Assembly (NCBI GenBank): GCA_903845155.1
Contig: CAIMWN010000287.1
Location: forward strand, 1 to 17,311
Direction of reading: 5' to 3'
Length of the DNA: 17,311 bases
Source of the DNA: Oligoflexia bacterium
Lineage (GTDB): Bacteria; Bdellovibrionota; UBA1018; CAIMNF01
Shown: piece by piece, positions 1 to 7,532 of the stretch
How the letters are laid out: each line of letters begins with the position of its first letter
How positions within the stretch are numbered: position 1 is the first letter of the stretch
Made by a program: the position numbers and the translations under genes
Notes under the pieces: generated by a model
What the model was told of the DNA's origin: nothing
Seen by the model: only the letters and a program-made list of their open reading frames with translations
Databases searched by the model: none

Positions 1-2285
1 TCCTTGCCCGTTACAAACGCGCTAAAGGTTTTAATGTTCTCCATCCTATGGGATGGGACGCATTTGGATTGCCGGCCGAGCAATTTGCAATCAAGACCGG
101 GGTTCATCCGGCAAAGACTACCAACGCCGCCATTGAAAACTTTAGAAGGCAGCTTCAAACTCTGGGGTTCAGTTATGACTGGTCCCGAGAAGTGGCAACT
201 TGTGACCCCAAATACTACCATTGGACACAGTGGATTTTTCTGAAACTTTTAGACAAAGGTCTTGCTTACCAAACTGAAGTGGCGGTGAACTGGTGCCCGG
301 AATTAAAAACCGTTCTTGCAAACGAAGAAGTAGTGGATGGAAAATCTGAACGTGGTGGTCACCCGGTTTACCGAGTGCCAATGCGTCAGTGGATGCTTCG
401 AATAACAGAGTATGCAGAAAAATTACTTCAGGGCTTAGATCAATTGGATTGGCCCGAAGGCACTAAAGAGCTTCAGCGCAACTGGATTGGAAAAAGTGTC
501 GGCCTACAAATGAAATTTAAAGTAGACGGCGCAGAAGATTCGTTTGAAATCTTTACGACTCGTCCGGATACTCTCTGGGGAGTTTCATATATGGCCCTAG
601 CACCTGAGCATCCATTAGTGAATAAAATCACTACTGTTGCACAAAGTGCGGCGGTTAAAACATACCAATTAGAAGCTTCACAGAAATCGGAAATCGCAAG
701 ACAAGACGCTTCGAAAGAGAAAACGGGCTGTTTTACGGGCGCATTTGCAATTAATCCCGTAAACGGTGAGAAAATTCAAGTTTGGATTTCTGATTATGTG
801 CTGATGACCTACGGTACTGGAGCAGTGATGGCGGTCCCCGCTCATGACGAGCGTGATTATGAGTTCGCCAAAACATTTAACCTTTCGATTAAAACTGTGG
901 TGTCTGAAGATTTAAAGCCAGGCGCAAAGGCTAGCGTTCTAGACGGTGCATGTTTCTCTGGTGAAGGACTATCGGTAAACTCAGGTTTCATCACCGGCTT
1001 AAAAACAGAGGCGGCGACTGCAAAAGTGATCGAATGGGCAGAAAAAGAAAAAATTGGTTCACGCACGATAAAATATAAACTGCGCGACTGGCTTTTTTCT
1101 CGACAACGCTATTGGGGTGAACCTTTTCCACTCATTAAAGACGCAAGTGGAAAAATTGTTCCGCTAAAAGACCAAGACTTGCCTGTTGTTTTACCTGATG
1201 TCACTAGTTATGAACCGACCGGCACGGGCGAAAGTCCACTCGCGAGTTCAGCGCCCGAAATTAAACAGTGGCGTCAAGTGAAAGATGCGAAAACAGGTGA
1301 GACGTATTTACGTGAGACGGACACCATGCCTGGTAGTGCAGGATCATCTTGGTACTTCCTTCGTTATTGTGATCCGCACAATGACAAAGAAGCGTGGAGT
1401 AAGGATGCTGAGAAATATTGGATGCCAGTTGATTTGTATCTGGGTGGCGACGAGCATGCTGTTGGGCATTTACTCTATTCAAGGTTTTGGACTAAGGTTC
1501 TCTTCGACTGCGGCTTAGTTACGCACGATGAACCTTTTAAGAAACTCATTCATCAGGGAATGATTCTGGGTGAGGACGGCGAAAAGATGTCTAAATCACG
1601 GGGAAATGTGATTAATCCCGACGACGTAGTTAAAGAGTATGGAGCCGACACTTTAAGACTCTATGAAATGTTTATGGGTCCACTCGAAAAGGATAAGCCT
1701 TGGTCGACCACCGCGATTGAAGGTTCGTTCCGGTTTTTAAATCGGGCATACCGACTTTTCTTCAATGATGGTCGGGATGGAGCAACAGACACTTTAAAGG
1801 TCGCGGACGTGCCGATGACCAGCGATGACGAAAAGATGCTTCATCAAACCATTAAGAAAGTCACAGAAGACATTGAAGGACTCAGGTTCAATACCGGAAT
1901 TTCTCAAATGATGGTTTTCGTAAATCATTTTACAAGCAAGGAACAGCCGCCGAGAGCCGCAATGAAACCATTTATTCAATTGCTTGCACCCTATGCTCCG
2001 CACTTTTGCGAAGAAATGTGGCATGCACTGGGGGAAAAGGATTCTCTATCTTATTCACCATGGCCTGGTTTTAACCCTGAACTGGTAAAGTCAGATGTGG
2101 TGACGATCGCCGTGCAAGTATTGGGTAAACTACGCGGAACACTTGAGGTTGAACCGGGGCTCGCGCAGGCGGTATTGGAAACACAAGCTCGTAAAATTGA
2201 AAGCGTGGCCAAATTTATTGAAGGTAAAGAAGTAGTGAAGATCATTTATGTTCAAAATAAGATTTTGAATTTTGTTGTGAAATAA
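1..2285 (+). CDS. leuS: Leucine--tRNA ligase (LeuRS), 5'-truncated by the window edge
   Basis: Frame 3 is open from nt 3 (LARYKRAKGFNVLHPMGWDAFGLPAE...), so the Met at 48 in the ORF track is internal. Has the class-I aaRS KMSKS motif (GEKMSKSRGN), a LeuRS-typical editing-domain stretch (TTRPDTLWGVSY, GTGAVMAVPAHDERD) and a C-terminal anticodon-binding region. Stop TAA at 2283-2285. Confidence 0.95.
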   Translation, partial: LARYKRAKGFNVLHPMGWDAFGLPAEQFAIKTGVHPAKTTNAAIENFRRQLQTLGFSYDWSREVATCDPKYYHWTQWIFLKLLDKGLAYQTEVAVNWCPELKTVLANEEVVDGKSERGGHPVYRVPMRQWMLRITEYAEKLLQGLDQLDWPEGTKELQRNWIGKSVGLQMKFKVDGAEDSFEIFTTRPDTLWGVSYMALAPEHPLVNKITTVAQSAAVKTYQLEASQKSEIARQDASKEKTGCFTGAFAINPVNGEKIQVWISDYVLMTYGTGAVMAVPAHDERDYEFAKTFNLSIKTVVSEDLKPGAKASVLDGACFSGEGLSVNSGFITGLKTEAATAKVIEWAEKEKIGSRTIKYKLRDWLFSRQRYWGEPFPLIKDASGKIVPLKDQDLPVVLPDVTSYEPTGTGESPLASSAPEIKQWRQVKDAKTGETYLRETDTMPGSAGSSWYFLRYCDPHNDKEAWSKDAEKYWMPVDLYLGGDEHAVGHLLYSRFWTKVLFDCGLVTHDEPFKKLIHQGMILGEDGEKMSKSRGNVINPDDVVKEYGADTLRLYEMFMGPLEKDKPWSTTAIEGSFRFLNRAYRLFFNDGRDGATDTLKVADVPMTSDDEKMLHQTIKKVTEDIEGLRFNTGISQMMVFVNHFTSKEQPPRAAMKPFIQLLAPYAPHFCEEMWHALGEKDSLSYSPWPGFNPELVKSDVVTIAVQVLGKLRGTLEVEPGLAQAVLETQARKIESVAKFIEGKEVVKIIYVQNKILNFVVK

Positions 2286-2303
2286 GAACCCAAAGGAGAA
2301 TTC

Positions 2304-2891
2304 ATGATTTTAAGTGACGTTGAAATTCGCAAGGAAATGGAAAAAGGAACGATCAAAGTCGAACCGTTTCATGAACAATGCCTGGGTACCAATAGTTATG
2401 ATGTTCACTTGGGTAAGATACTTGCTGTTTATGTGGACGACGAGCTAGACGCGAAAAAGCACAATACGATTAGAAAATTTGAGATTCCGCCCGAAGGCTT
2501 TTTATTGCAACCGGATGTTTTTTATTTGGGCGTGACGCTCGAATATACAGAGACTCATGCACATGTTCCGTTTTTAGAGGGAAAATCAAGCACAGGGCGT
2601 CTCGGCATTGATATTCATGCAACTGCCGGAAAGGGTGATGTTGGATTCTGTAATTTCTGGACACTCGAAATTTCTGTACGTAAACCCGTCCGCGTTTACG
2701 CGGGTATGCCCATTGGCCAATTAATTTACTTTGTAGTGAACGGTACTGTAGAGACCCTTTACAACAAAAAACCAAATGCTAAGTACAACCAACGAGCTCC
2801 CGAGCCAGTTGAATCCATGATGTGGAAGAATTTAAATTCCCCGTCCGGTAAAGTTTGGCTCGAGACAGAAATGAATCGGAAGGATAAATAA
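2304..2891 (+). CDS. dcd: dCTP deaminase (Dcd/dUTPase superfamily; possibly the bifunctional dCTP deaminase-dUTPase type)
   Basis: 195 aa, the typical Dcd size. N-terminus MILSDVEIRKEME..I.V.P; motifs SYDVHLG, EGKSSTGRLGI and WTLEI; C-terminal ..AKYN... Strong SD AAGGAG at 2293-2298, 5 nt before the ATG. Confidence 0.85.
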   Translation: MILSDVEIRKEMEKGTIKVEPFHEQCLGTNSYDVHLGKILAVYVDDELDAKKHNTIRKFEIPPEGFLLQPDVFYLGVTLEYTETHAHVPFLEGKSSTGRLGIDIHATAGKGDVGFCNFWTLEISVRKPVRVYAGMPIGQLIYFVVNGTVETLYNKKPNAKYNQRAPEPVESMMWKNLNSPSGKVWLETEMNRKDK

Positions 2892-2892
2892 T

Positions 2893-3612
2893 ATGAAGAA
2901 CTGTATCATCGTTTTCTTATTGATTGCCTCAATACATACCGCTTATGCAGATGATTCTGCGGCCACGCTTAAAAATGAATCGGAAGCAGGAGTAGTGGTC
3001 ACCGGCGGAAACACGCAAACCGATACCATTTCACTGAAGGAAAAAACGGCGTACGAATGGAATAAGAATATTGTAAAGTTTGGTGCAAACTTCTTAACAA
3101 CTTCCAATGCCGGAAATCAACAGGCCTACCAGTGGGGCCTTGGCCTTCGTTATGAACGCGAGTTATCAGATCAAATTGGTATCTTCCTTGGTCAAGCCGT
3201 GGAAAGTAATAAGTATCAAGGTATCCTTCAGCGCTACAATTCAGACTTAGGTGGCAGATATACTTTTGTAAAAACAGAACAGTTTAAGTGGGCCTCGGAG
3301 TTAGGTTATCGTTTTACTCGTGAGAATTACACCTTGGATGGCTTCAAAAATATAAACTTTTTGCGACTTTATAACGAGCTGGAGAGAATGTTTACGAAAA
3401 CATTTACGATCAAGTGGTGGATTGAGTTTCTACCTAATATTACCACTTCTGAGGCCTATCAGCTCAACACAGAGCTTTCGGGTAGTGCTGCTATATCAGA
3501 AATGTTTTCGATGAAGGCGGGTTATTTGATTAAGTACAACAATCAACCACCTGTTGGGGCTATTTACAAAACAGATTCCATGTTTACCACTGCCCTCGTC
3601 GCTAAGTTCTAG
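2893..3612 (+). CDS. DUF481/YdiY-like outer-membrane beta-barrel protein
   Basis: Signal peptide MKNCIIVFLLIASIHTAYA|DD. Alternating beta-strand patterns. YdiY-like motifs (TGGNTQT..., GQA..SNKYQGI..RY, L.IKYNN.PP......D...T.AL). C-terminal aromatic ...VAKF. The ATG lies 1 nt after the dcd stop, suggesting translational coupling. Confidence 0.7.
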   Translation: MKNCIIVFLLIASIHTAYADDSAATLKNESEAGVVVTGGNTQTDTISLKEKTAYEWNKNIVKFGANFLTTSNAGNQQAYQWGLGLRYERELSDQIGIFLGQAVESNKYQGILQRYNSDLGGRYTFVKTEQFKWASELGYRFTRENYTLDGFKNINFLRLYNELERMFTKTFTIKWWIEFLPNITTSEAYQLNTELSGSAAISEMFSMKAGYLIKYNNQPPVGAIYKTDSMFTTALVAKF

Positions 3613-4589
3613 AAACAATGCCCTAAACTCACTAAGCCATTGGTTCCATCAAGTCCCTCATAATTCGCGGTCCCGCATCCGGTGAATACGAGCGTCTCTG
3701 TCGTTCCATTCATTTTTGCCCCTAGTGTGCTCGGGGTTACTCCACTGATTGTTGAAAAAGTGGTCGTAATGGTACCAGAGGTTGGAGTACAGCACCCAGC
3801 CTTGAATGCAACATTAGTGAAGCTAGATGATGCTTTGAGATGTGCCAAATTATGAAATGTGATGACCGTTCCCGAAGTAATTGTATTACCGTTTGAAATC
3901 ACGAGAGGCGATCCACCTGCATTAGTGGTCACTGTGTGTCTGAATCGGGTACTATTTAAATTTAATCCAGCGATCGCAATCTGTGTCCTGAGGCCTCCTG
4001 AAAAACTCACCGTTGTTCCTCCGCTATACACATTTCCATCTGCAGCCGTGGCGGCGCCGGTGGTATCAATGATTACGCCTACACCTGCTGCTGATGTACG
4101 CGAAGTGCCTAAGGAAAAAGTTCGAGTAACACTAGACATGGCACTCGGGAATGCGCTTCCACAAACGGGAGTCGCGCCCGTAAATGCCACAAACTGTGTT
4201 CCGTTCCAAACGGCAGCTGAAGATGAATAACTACAATTCGAATAAGTGAGGGTTGCAGTGTTTGCAGATACAGAGCAGTTAGCAACGGTACCACTCGCAA
4301 TCGTCGGACACGTAGTTCCGGCTTCTGCGTTTTTAAGCGGCAAAAATGCATCTAAGAATGAGCACATTTTTGATTCAGATTTCTGATCGATCCAAAAGTT
4401 TGCCAATGTGCCACCTGAGGAGCCATTAGCTGCACCACCCACTGCTGCGGCAACGGTCCCCGAAGTAGATGCATCATCCGTAGATGCTGCGGTCGTGGCT
4501 TTGCCACAAGCAGATGTGAATCCAATGAGGATGGTTAAAGATAGAAAAGATAGAATAGTCTGAAAATTCGTAATAAAATACATGCGCAC
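3609..4589 (-). CDS. Ser/Thr/Gly/Ala-rich, multi-cysteine lipoprotein of unknown function
   Basis: 326-aa ORF. Signal peptide plus lipobox (..LTILIGFTSAC|GK). The mature part is about 60% S/T/G/A/N with 10 further Cys (e.g. KMCSF, TTCPT, ANCSV, SNCSY, PVCGS, AGCCTP, TGCGT, GHCF). SD-like GAGAGG upstream. I recognise no family. Confidence 0.7.
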   Translation of the reverse strand: MRMYFITNFQTILSFLSLTILIGFTSACGKATTAASTDDASTSGTVAAAVGGAANGSSGGTLANFWIDQKSESKMCSFLDAFLPLKNAEAGTTCPTIASGTVANCSVSANTATLTYSNCSYSSSAAVWNGTQFVAFTGATPVCGSAFPSAMSSVTRTFSLGTSRTSAAGVGVIIDTTGAATAADGNVYSGGTTVSFSGGLRTQIAIAGLNLNSTRFRHTVTTNAGGSPLVISNGNTITSGTVITFHNLAHLKASSSFTNVAFKAGCCTPTSGTITTTFSTISGVTPSTLGAKMNGTTETLVFTGCGTANYEGLDGTNGLVSLGHCF

Positions 4590-4695
4590 CTCTCATTCTA
4601 GAATACCTATTTAGAAAGAAGTGGGCAATAGATCAAAGTTGCCGAGTAAGTGTGCGAATACTCAATGGTACTTCAAATACAACACATTTAGTTCA

Positions 4696-5559
4696 TTAAA
4701 GATCTGGTGCGACATCGGGGGTAACTGCCGCAGGCGCTGGAACCGCTTTAGTAGCGGAGGCTGGTGCTCTACTTGGATCCTCAGTTGGTACAGCTTCTGC
4801 GGTTGCAGGCGCTGTGACTGGAGTGGTTACAGCTGGGTCCTGTGTGGTTTCAGGATTCTGCGTAATATTACTATTGAGGGGATTTACTTGTCCGGAGCCC
4901 GCGATCGTAGGCGCAAGCGAAATTCCGTATTTTGAAAAAACAGAAGTAGTGGTGACTTGGCCGTTCGTTTTTTGAACTTGAACCCATGGTTCTAAATCTG
5001 AACGCGAATTCTGAACAAAATTGAGGGTACTATCAGGCGTTGGATTCACCTTTTTGAAAAACACCCATTCAGATATTTTTGAATAATAGAGTGCTGCCCA
5101 ACGGAGGTATCTTGAATCTTTATAAACATCAACGTAGGCATTCGCGATGGGGCCCAAAAATCCAAAAGTATCCAAAACCTTTTTCTGACGAGTATTCCAG
5201 GTGGTGTCTCCTTGAATGGTGTCTTGTAGTTTTGAAATTTTAGCATAAAAACACCAGTGCATGCGCTCTGGGTCTTGAGTCACTAACTCTACTGCGCCTT
5301 TTCTAATGTCATCTTTCGATGTGGTGAGTTGACTAAGTTTCTTAAACTCATCGTCACAAGTATCGCCGAATTCCCCAAGCACACCCTTGGGCGCTAAAGG
5401 GCTGAAAAAAATGGCTTTGAGGTCAGCTAGTTCAAATCCCGCTGGATGTGGCACTTTTACATACTCGGGCACCTCAGGCAGCGGAATCTTTTCAGATACC
5501 GTTACTGTGCTTGAGCACCCTGCCAAAAGCATCAAACTAAAAATGCCGTATAGTCTCAT
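4696..5559 (-). CDS. Lipoprotein of unknown function with a Pro/Ala/Thr-rich C-terminal tail
   Basis: The ORF track extends to 5706. However, the Met at 5559 (MRLYGIFSLMLLAGC|SS) gives a canonical lipoprotein signal and has GAGGA 8 nt upstream. The Met at 5577 (MARINF...) is the alternative start. The longer version would overlap the divergent gene. The tail ...DPAVTTPVTAPATAEAVPTEDPSRAPASATKAVPAPAAVTPDVAPDL looks disordered. Confidence 0.65.
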   Translation of the reverse strand: MRLYGIFSLMLLAGCSSTVTVSEKIPLPEVPEYVKVPHPAGFELADLKAIFFSPLAPKGVLGEFGDTCDDEFKKLSQLTTSKDDIRKGAVELVTQDPERMHWCFYAKISKLQDTIQGDTTWNTRQKKVLDTFGFLGPIANAYVDVYKDSRYLRWAALYYSKISEWVFFKKVNPTPDSTLNFVQNSRSDLEPWVQVQKTNGQVTTTSVFSKYGISLAPTIAGSGQVNPLNSNITQNPETTQDPAVTTPVTAPATAEAVPTEDPSRAPASATKAVPAPAAVTPDVAPDL

Positions 5560-5692
5560 AAAATTGATCCTCGCCATTATCCTTATCGTCAAAATATTGA
5601 ATAACGTTAATTTTTTGTCGGATCTTTTTACTAAGTTAATAAGTTTCAAGGATTTAGCCAGTGTGTCCGAAAGGCTCTTTGTGAAGAACTCT
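5560..5692. promoter_or_regulatory. AT-rich divergent intergenic region, presumed to hold promoters for the minus-strand lipoprotein gene and the plus-strand five-gene operon
   Basis: 133 bp between two divergent signal-peptide-supported starts. It is visibly AT-rich (aaaatattgaataacgttaattttttgtcggatctttttactaagttaataagttt). I could not place convincing -35/-10 hexamers by eye. Confidence 0.35.
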
Positions 5693-6829
5693 ATGAAGAC
5701 AATCAATAGTAGCAGTACAAAGTTGGCAGGCGCAGTATTGTTGTTATTTTTAAGCTCAATTCCTAGTGTTTTTGCACAAAAAACGCAAGGTGAGGAGCAG
5801 CCACCTACCCCCAGTTCCAGTGCAAGTGGTGCAAGAAACTTCTATCAAGTGCTGGATGAAGTCCTTTCTGATTTTGAATACGATCTGAAAGCAGGCCAAG
5901 TGATTGGGCTAAAAGATCTCTCTATCAGAAATGTCGTCATGAGTGAAAATATCCCTCCTTCATTTAAATCACATCTAGAACTTTTGGTCTCCGAGCGCAT
6001 TTTAAAAACGACTAAAACGAGAATTGTACACTGTCTCGCCTGTAAGTCTAAAAAGGCAACACTCAATGGAGACAATATGGTGATTTCATCACCAGAATCA
6101 AATTCTTCCGAGCTCCAAAGAATTGCCAAAATGAATGGCATTCAAAACTTTATGGATATCGCTTTCGCCTATCAACCCACGGGCGTGCTTTTATCTTTTA
6201 CCATCTCAGATACAGAAACAGGCACCATGCTTTGGTCTCACAGTTATAATTCTGAGGGCACCCGCGCAGCAGCCCAGCGCCGTGGAGTTGATTTTCAAGA
6301 GCTAGAAGAAGCTAAGGCAAAAATGGAATATCAACCCACCATTCAAATGAAGCCAACGCTCTATACGGTGTTCGCTCCTAAAGCTAACTCTGGTTATGCA
6401 ACGGCTCTTGGATTCGGATTTAGAATGATGGAACGATATGACAATAGGAAAAAAGAAGTTGGATTTGAAATGAATTACTACAAGGACATTCCGTCACTGG
6501 TCGGAGAACCCGGTGCCTCTGCTGATAAAAATAATATTTATACTGGGTTAAACCTCACTTTCCTGTTTATGCATGGATGGGGCTTGTTTGGGGCAGAAGA
6601 GAATTACAATAAAGCGCGTGGAGTTGTTTATGGCGGTATCGGTGGCACGTACGCTTCAGGCTTTCTGGGTGGCCTCATTCGTGGTGCCTATGAGTGGCGC
6701 TTGGCGAAACATTGGGCGGTAACCACCTTTCTTGGTTATCGACCTCAGGCTACTTTGGTTATTTCTTCATCATCAACTGCACCCCTTACGGGTGTAGAAG
6801 GAGGACTCGGTGTTGGATTCCTATTCTAA
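5693..6829 (+). CDS. Two-domain outer-membrane protein: N-terminal periplasmic alpha/beta domain plus C-terminal small beta-barrel
   Basis: The start is reassigned to the internal Met at 5693, which gives a signal peptide (MKTINSSSTKLAGAVLLLFLSSIPSVFA|QK). The 5387 start would overlap the opposite-strand gene. The C-terminal ~170 aa show amphipathic strands (ALGFGFRM, VGFEMNYY, GLNLTFLF, GAYEWRL, WAVTTFLGY) and end in GLGVGFLF, a terminal Phe as in OMP sorting signals. The N-terminal domain loosely resembles FlgO/CsgG/LpoB-type folds (unverified). Confidence 0.65.
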   Translation: MKTINSSSTKLAGAVLLLFLSSIPSVFAQKTQGEEQPPTPSSSASGARNFYQVLDEVLSDFEYDLKAGQVIGLKDLSIRNVVMSENIPPSFKSHLELLVSERILKTTKTRIVHCLACKSKKATLNGDNMVISSPESNSSELQRIAKMNGIQNFMDIAFAYQPTGVLLSFTISDTETGTMLWSHSYNSEGTRAAAQRRGVDFQELEEAKAKMEYQPTIQMKPTLYTVFAPKANSGYATALGFGFRMMERYDNRKKEVGFEMNYYKDIPSLVGEPGASADKNNIYTGLNLTFLFMHGWGLFGAEENYNKARGVVYGGIGGTYASGFLGGLIRGAYEWRLAKHWAVTTFLGYRPQATLVISSSSTAPLTGVEGGLGVGFLF

Positions 6830-7532
6830 ATTTTATAGCGCTCTCATTGCATTGCTGATCGTATCAGCATGTTCAACCGCACAAAGTGTGCAGGAAAAAG
6901 AACAATCACGTATTGAAAATCCCTTTGGAAACTACAATCAAGAAACCAACGACCCAAGTCGCAATATTACTTTTAGAAGTAAAAAAGGTGATCAGGCATT
7001 GGAACTCGAGTTCCCCGAAAAAGGCAACTCCGACATGGTGATTCCGATGAATTCAAAATATCAAAACAACGAACGCACCTCTATCGCTGGAACGGACGAA
7101 GTAGATTATCAATACAAAGACCGCAAGCCTAGCATGGCTGACCGTGAAATTGCCTCCACATTTGGTGGTTCGAAAAATCTTGAAGATGAGTCCAAAAGGC
7201 ATGAGATTGAACAAAATTTAGGATTACAGCCAAGCGACGAAGCTCCCAATATGGATGAAAGCTATCTTGCAAAACTCGACGTAGTAAAACAACTTTTTAG
7301 AACGAAACGTTATGAAGCAGCCATGATTGAGATAGACCAATTGGTTAAGTCTTATCCGACCAATAGCCGTCTCTACGAAATGCGGGGAACACTTTTAGAT
7401 CGCATGGGTTATCAAGACCTTGCGTTACGCTCGTGGAAACAAGCGATAGAGCTTGATCCAACGCGAGTGACATTAAAGAAGACTATCGAAAAACGTGAGC
7501 AACAAAGAAGTGTTGCGTCTGAGAGGAAGTAA
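6810..7532 (+). CDS. TPR-repeat lipoprotein
   Basis: GTG start at 6810 is preceded by a strong SD (AAGGAGGA, 6798-6805) and overlaps the upstream stop by 20 nt. Lipobox ALLIVSAC|S. The central region looks disordered and acidic or polar. The C-terminus carries about 2 TPR units (RYEAAMIEIDQLVKSYPTNSRLYEMRGTLLDRMGYQDLALRSWKQAIELDP). Confidence 0.7.
   Translation: MLDSYSKFYSALIALLIVSACSTAQSVQEKEQSRIENPFGNYNQETNDPSRNITFRSKKGDQALELEFPEKGNSDMVIPMNSKYQNNERTSIAGTDEVDYQYKDRKPSMADREIASTFGGSKNLEDESKRHEIEQNLGLQPSDEAPNMDESYLAKLDVVKQLFRTKRYEAAMIEIDQLVKSYPTNSRLYEMRGTLLDRMGYQDLALRSWKQAIELDPTRVTLKKTIEKREQQRSVASERK

Noticed and set aside
3859-4230. A 123-aa plus-strand ORF (with 4109-4351 minus and 4621-4935 plus) in and around the S/T/G/A-rich lipoprotein genes.
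   Set aside because: These are antisense or off-frame shadow ORFs generated by the biased, stop-poor composition of the real genes. They have no SD and implausible Arg/Cys/Trp-rich or Pro/Val-rich translations.
4624-4643. A GGCAA-N10-TTGCC hairpin between the two minus-strand lipoprotein genes, considered as a possible terminator.
   Set aside because: The stem is only 5 bp, the loop is large and neither strand has a proper T-run. That is too weak to call.
5449-5463. A TGGCAC-N5-CATA string resembling the sigma54 -24/-12 element.
   Set aside because: The -12 TTGC is absent, and the site lies inside the minus-strand lipoprotein coding sequence.
5639-5664. A sigma28 (FliA)-like promoter upstream of the operon: ATAAGTTT-N10-GCCAGTGT against the consensus TAAAGTTT-N11-GCCGATAA.
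   Set aside because: Only ~6/8 and 4/8 positions match, the critical CGA of the -10 element is missing and the spacing is off by one. That is not enough to claim flagellar-regulon control, though it is worth re-testing with a TSS map.
5387-5706. The long N-terminal extensions of the two divergent ORFs (plus 5387-6829 and minus 4696-5706) overlap each other by 320 nt.
   Set aside because: Both extensions lack signal-peptide logic. Internal Mets (5693 plus; 5559 or 5577 minus) give canonical signal or lipobox sequences and leave a normal AT-rich divergent promoter region. The extensions are ORF-caller artefacts.
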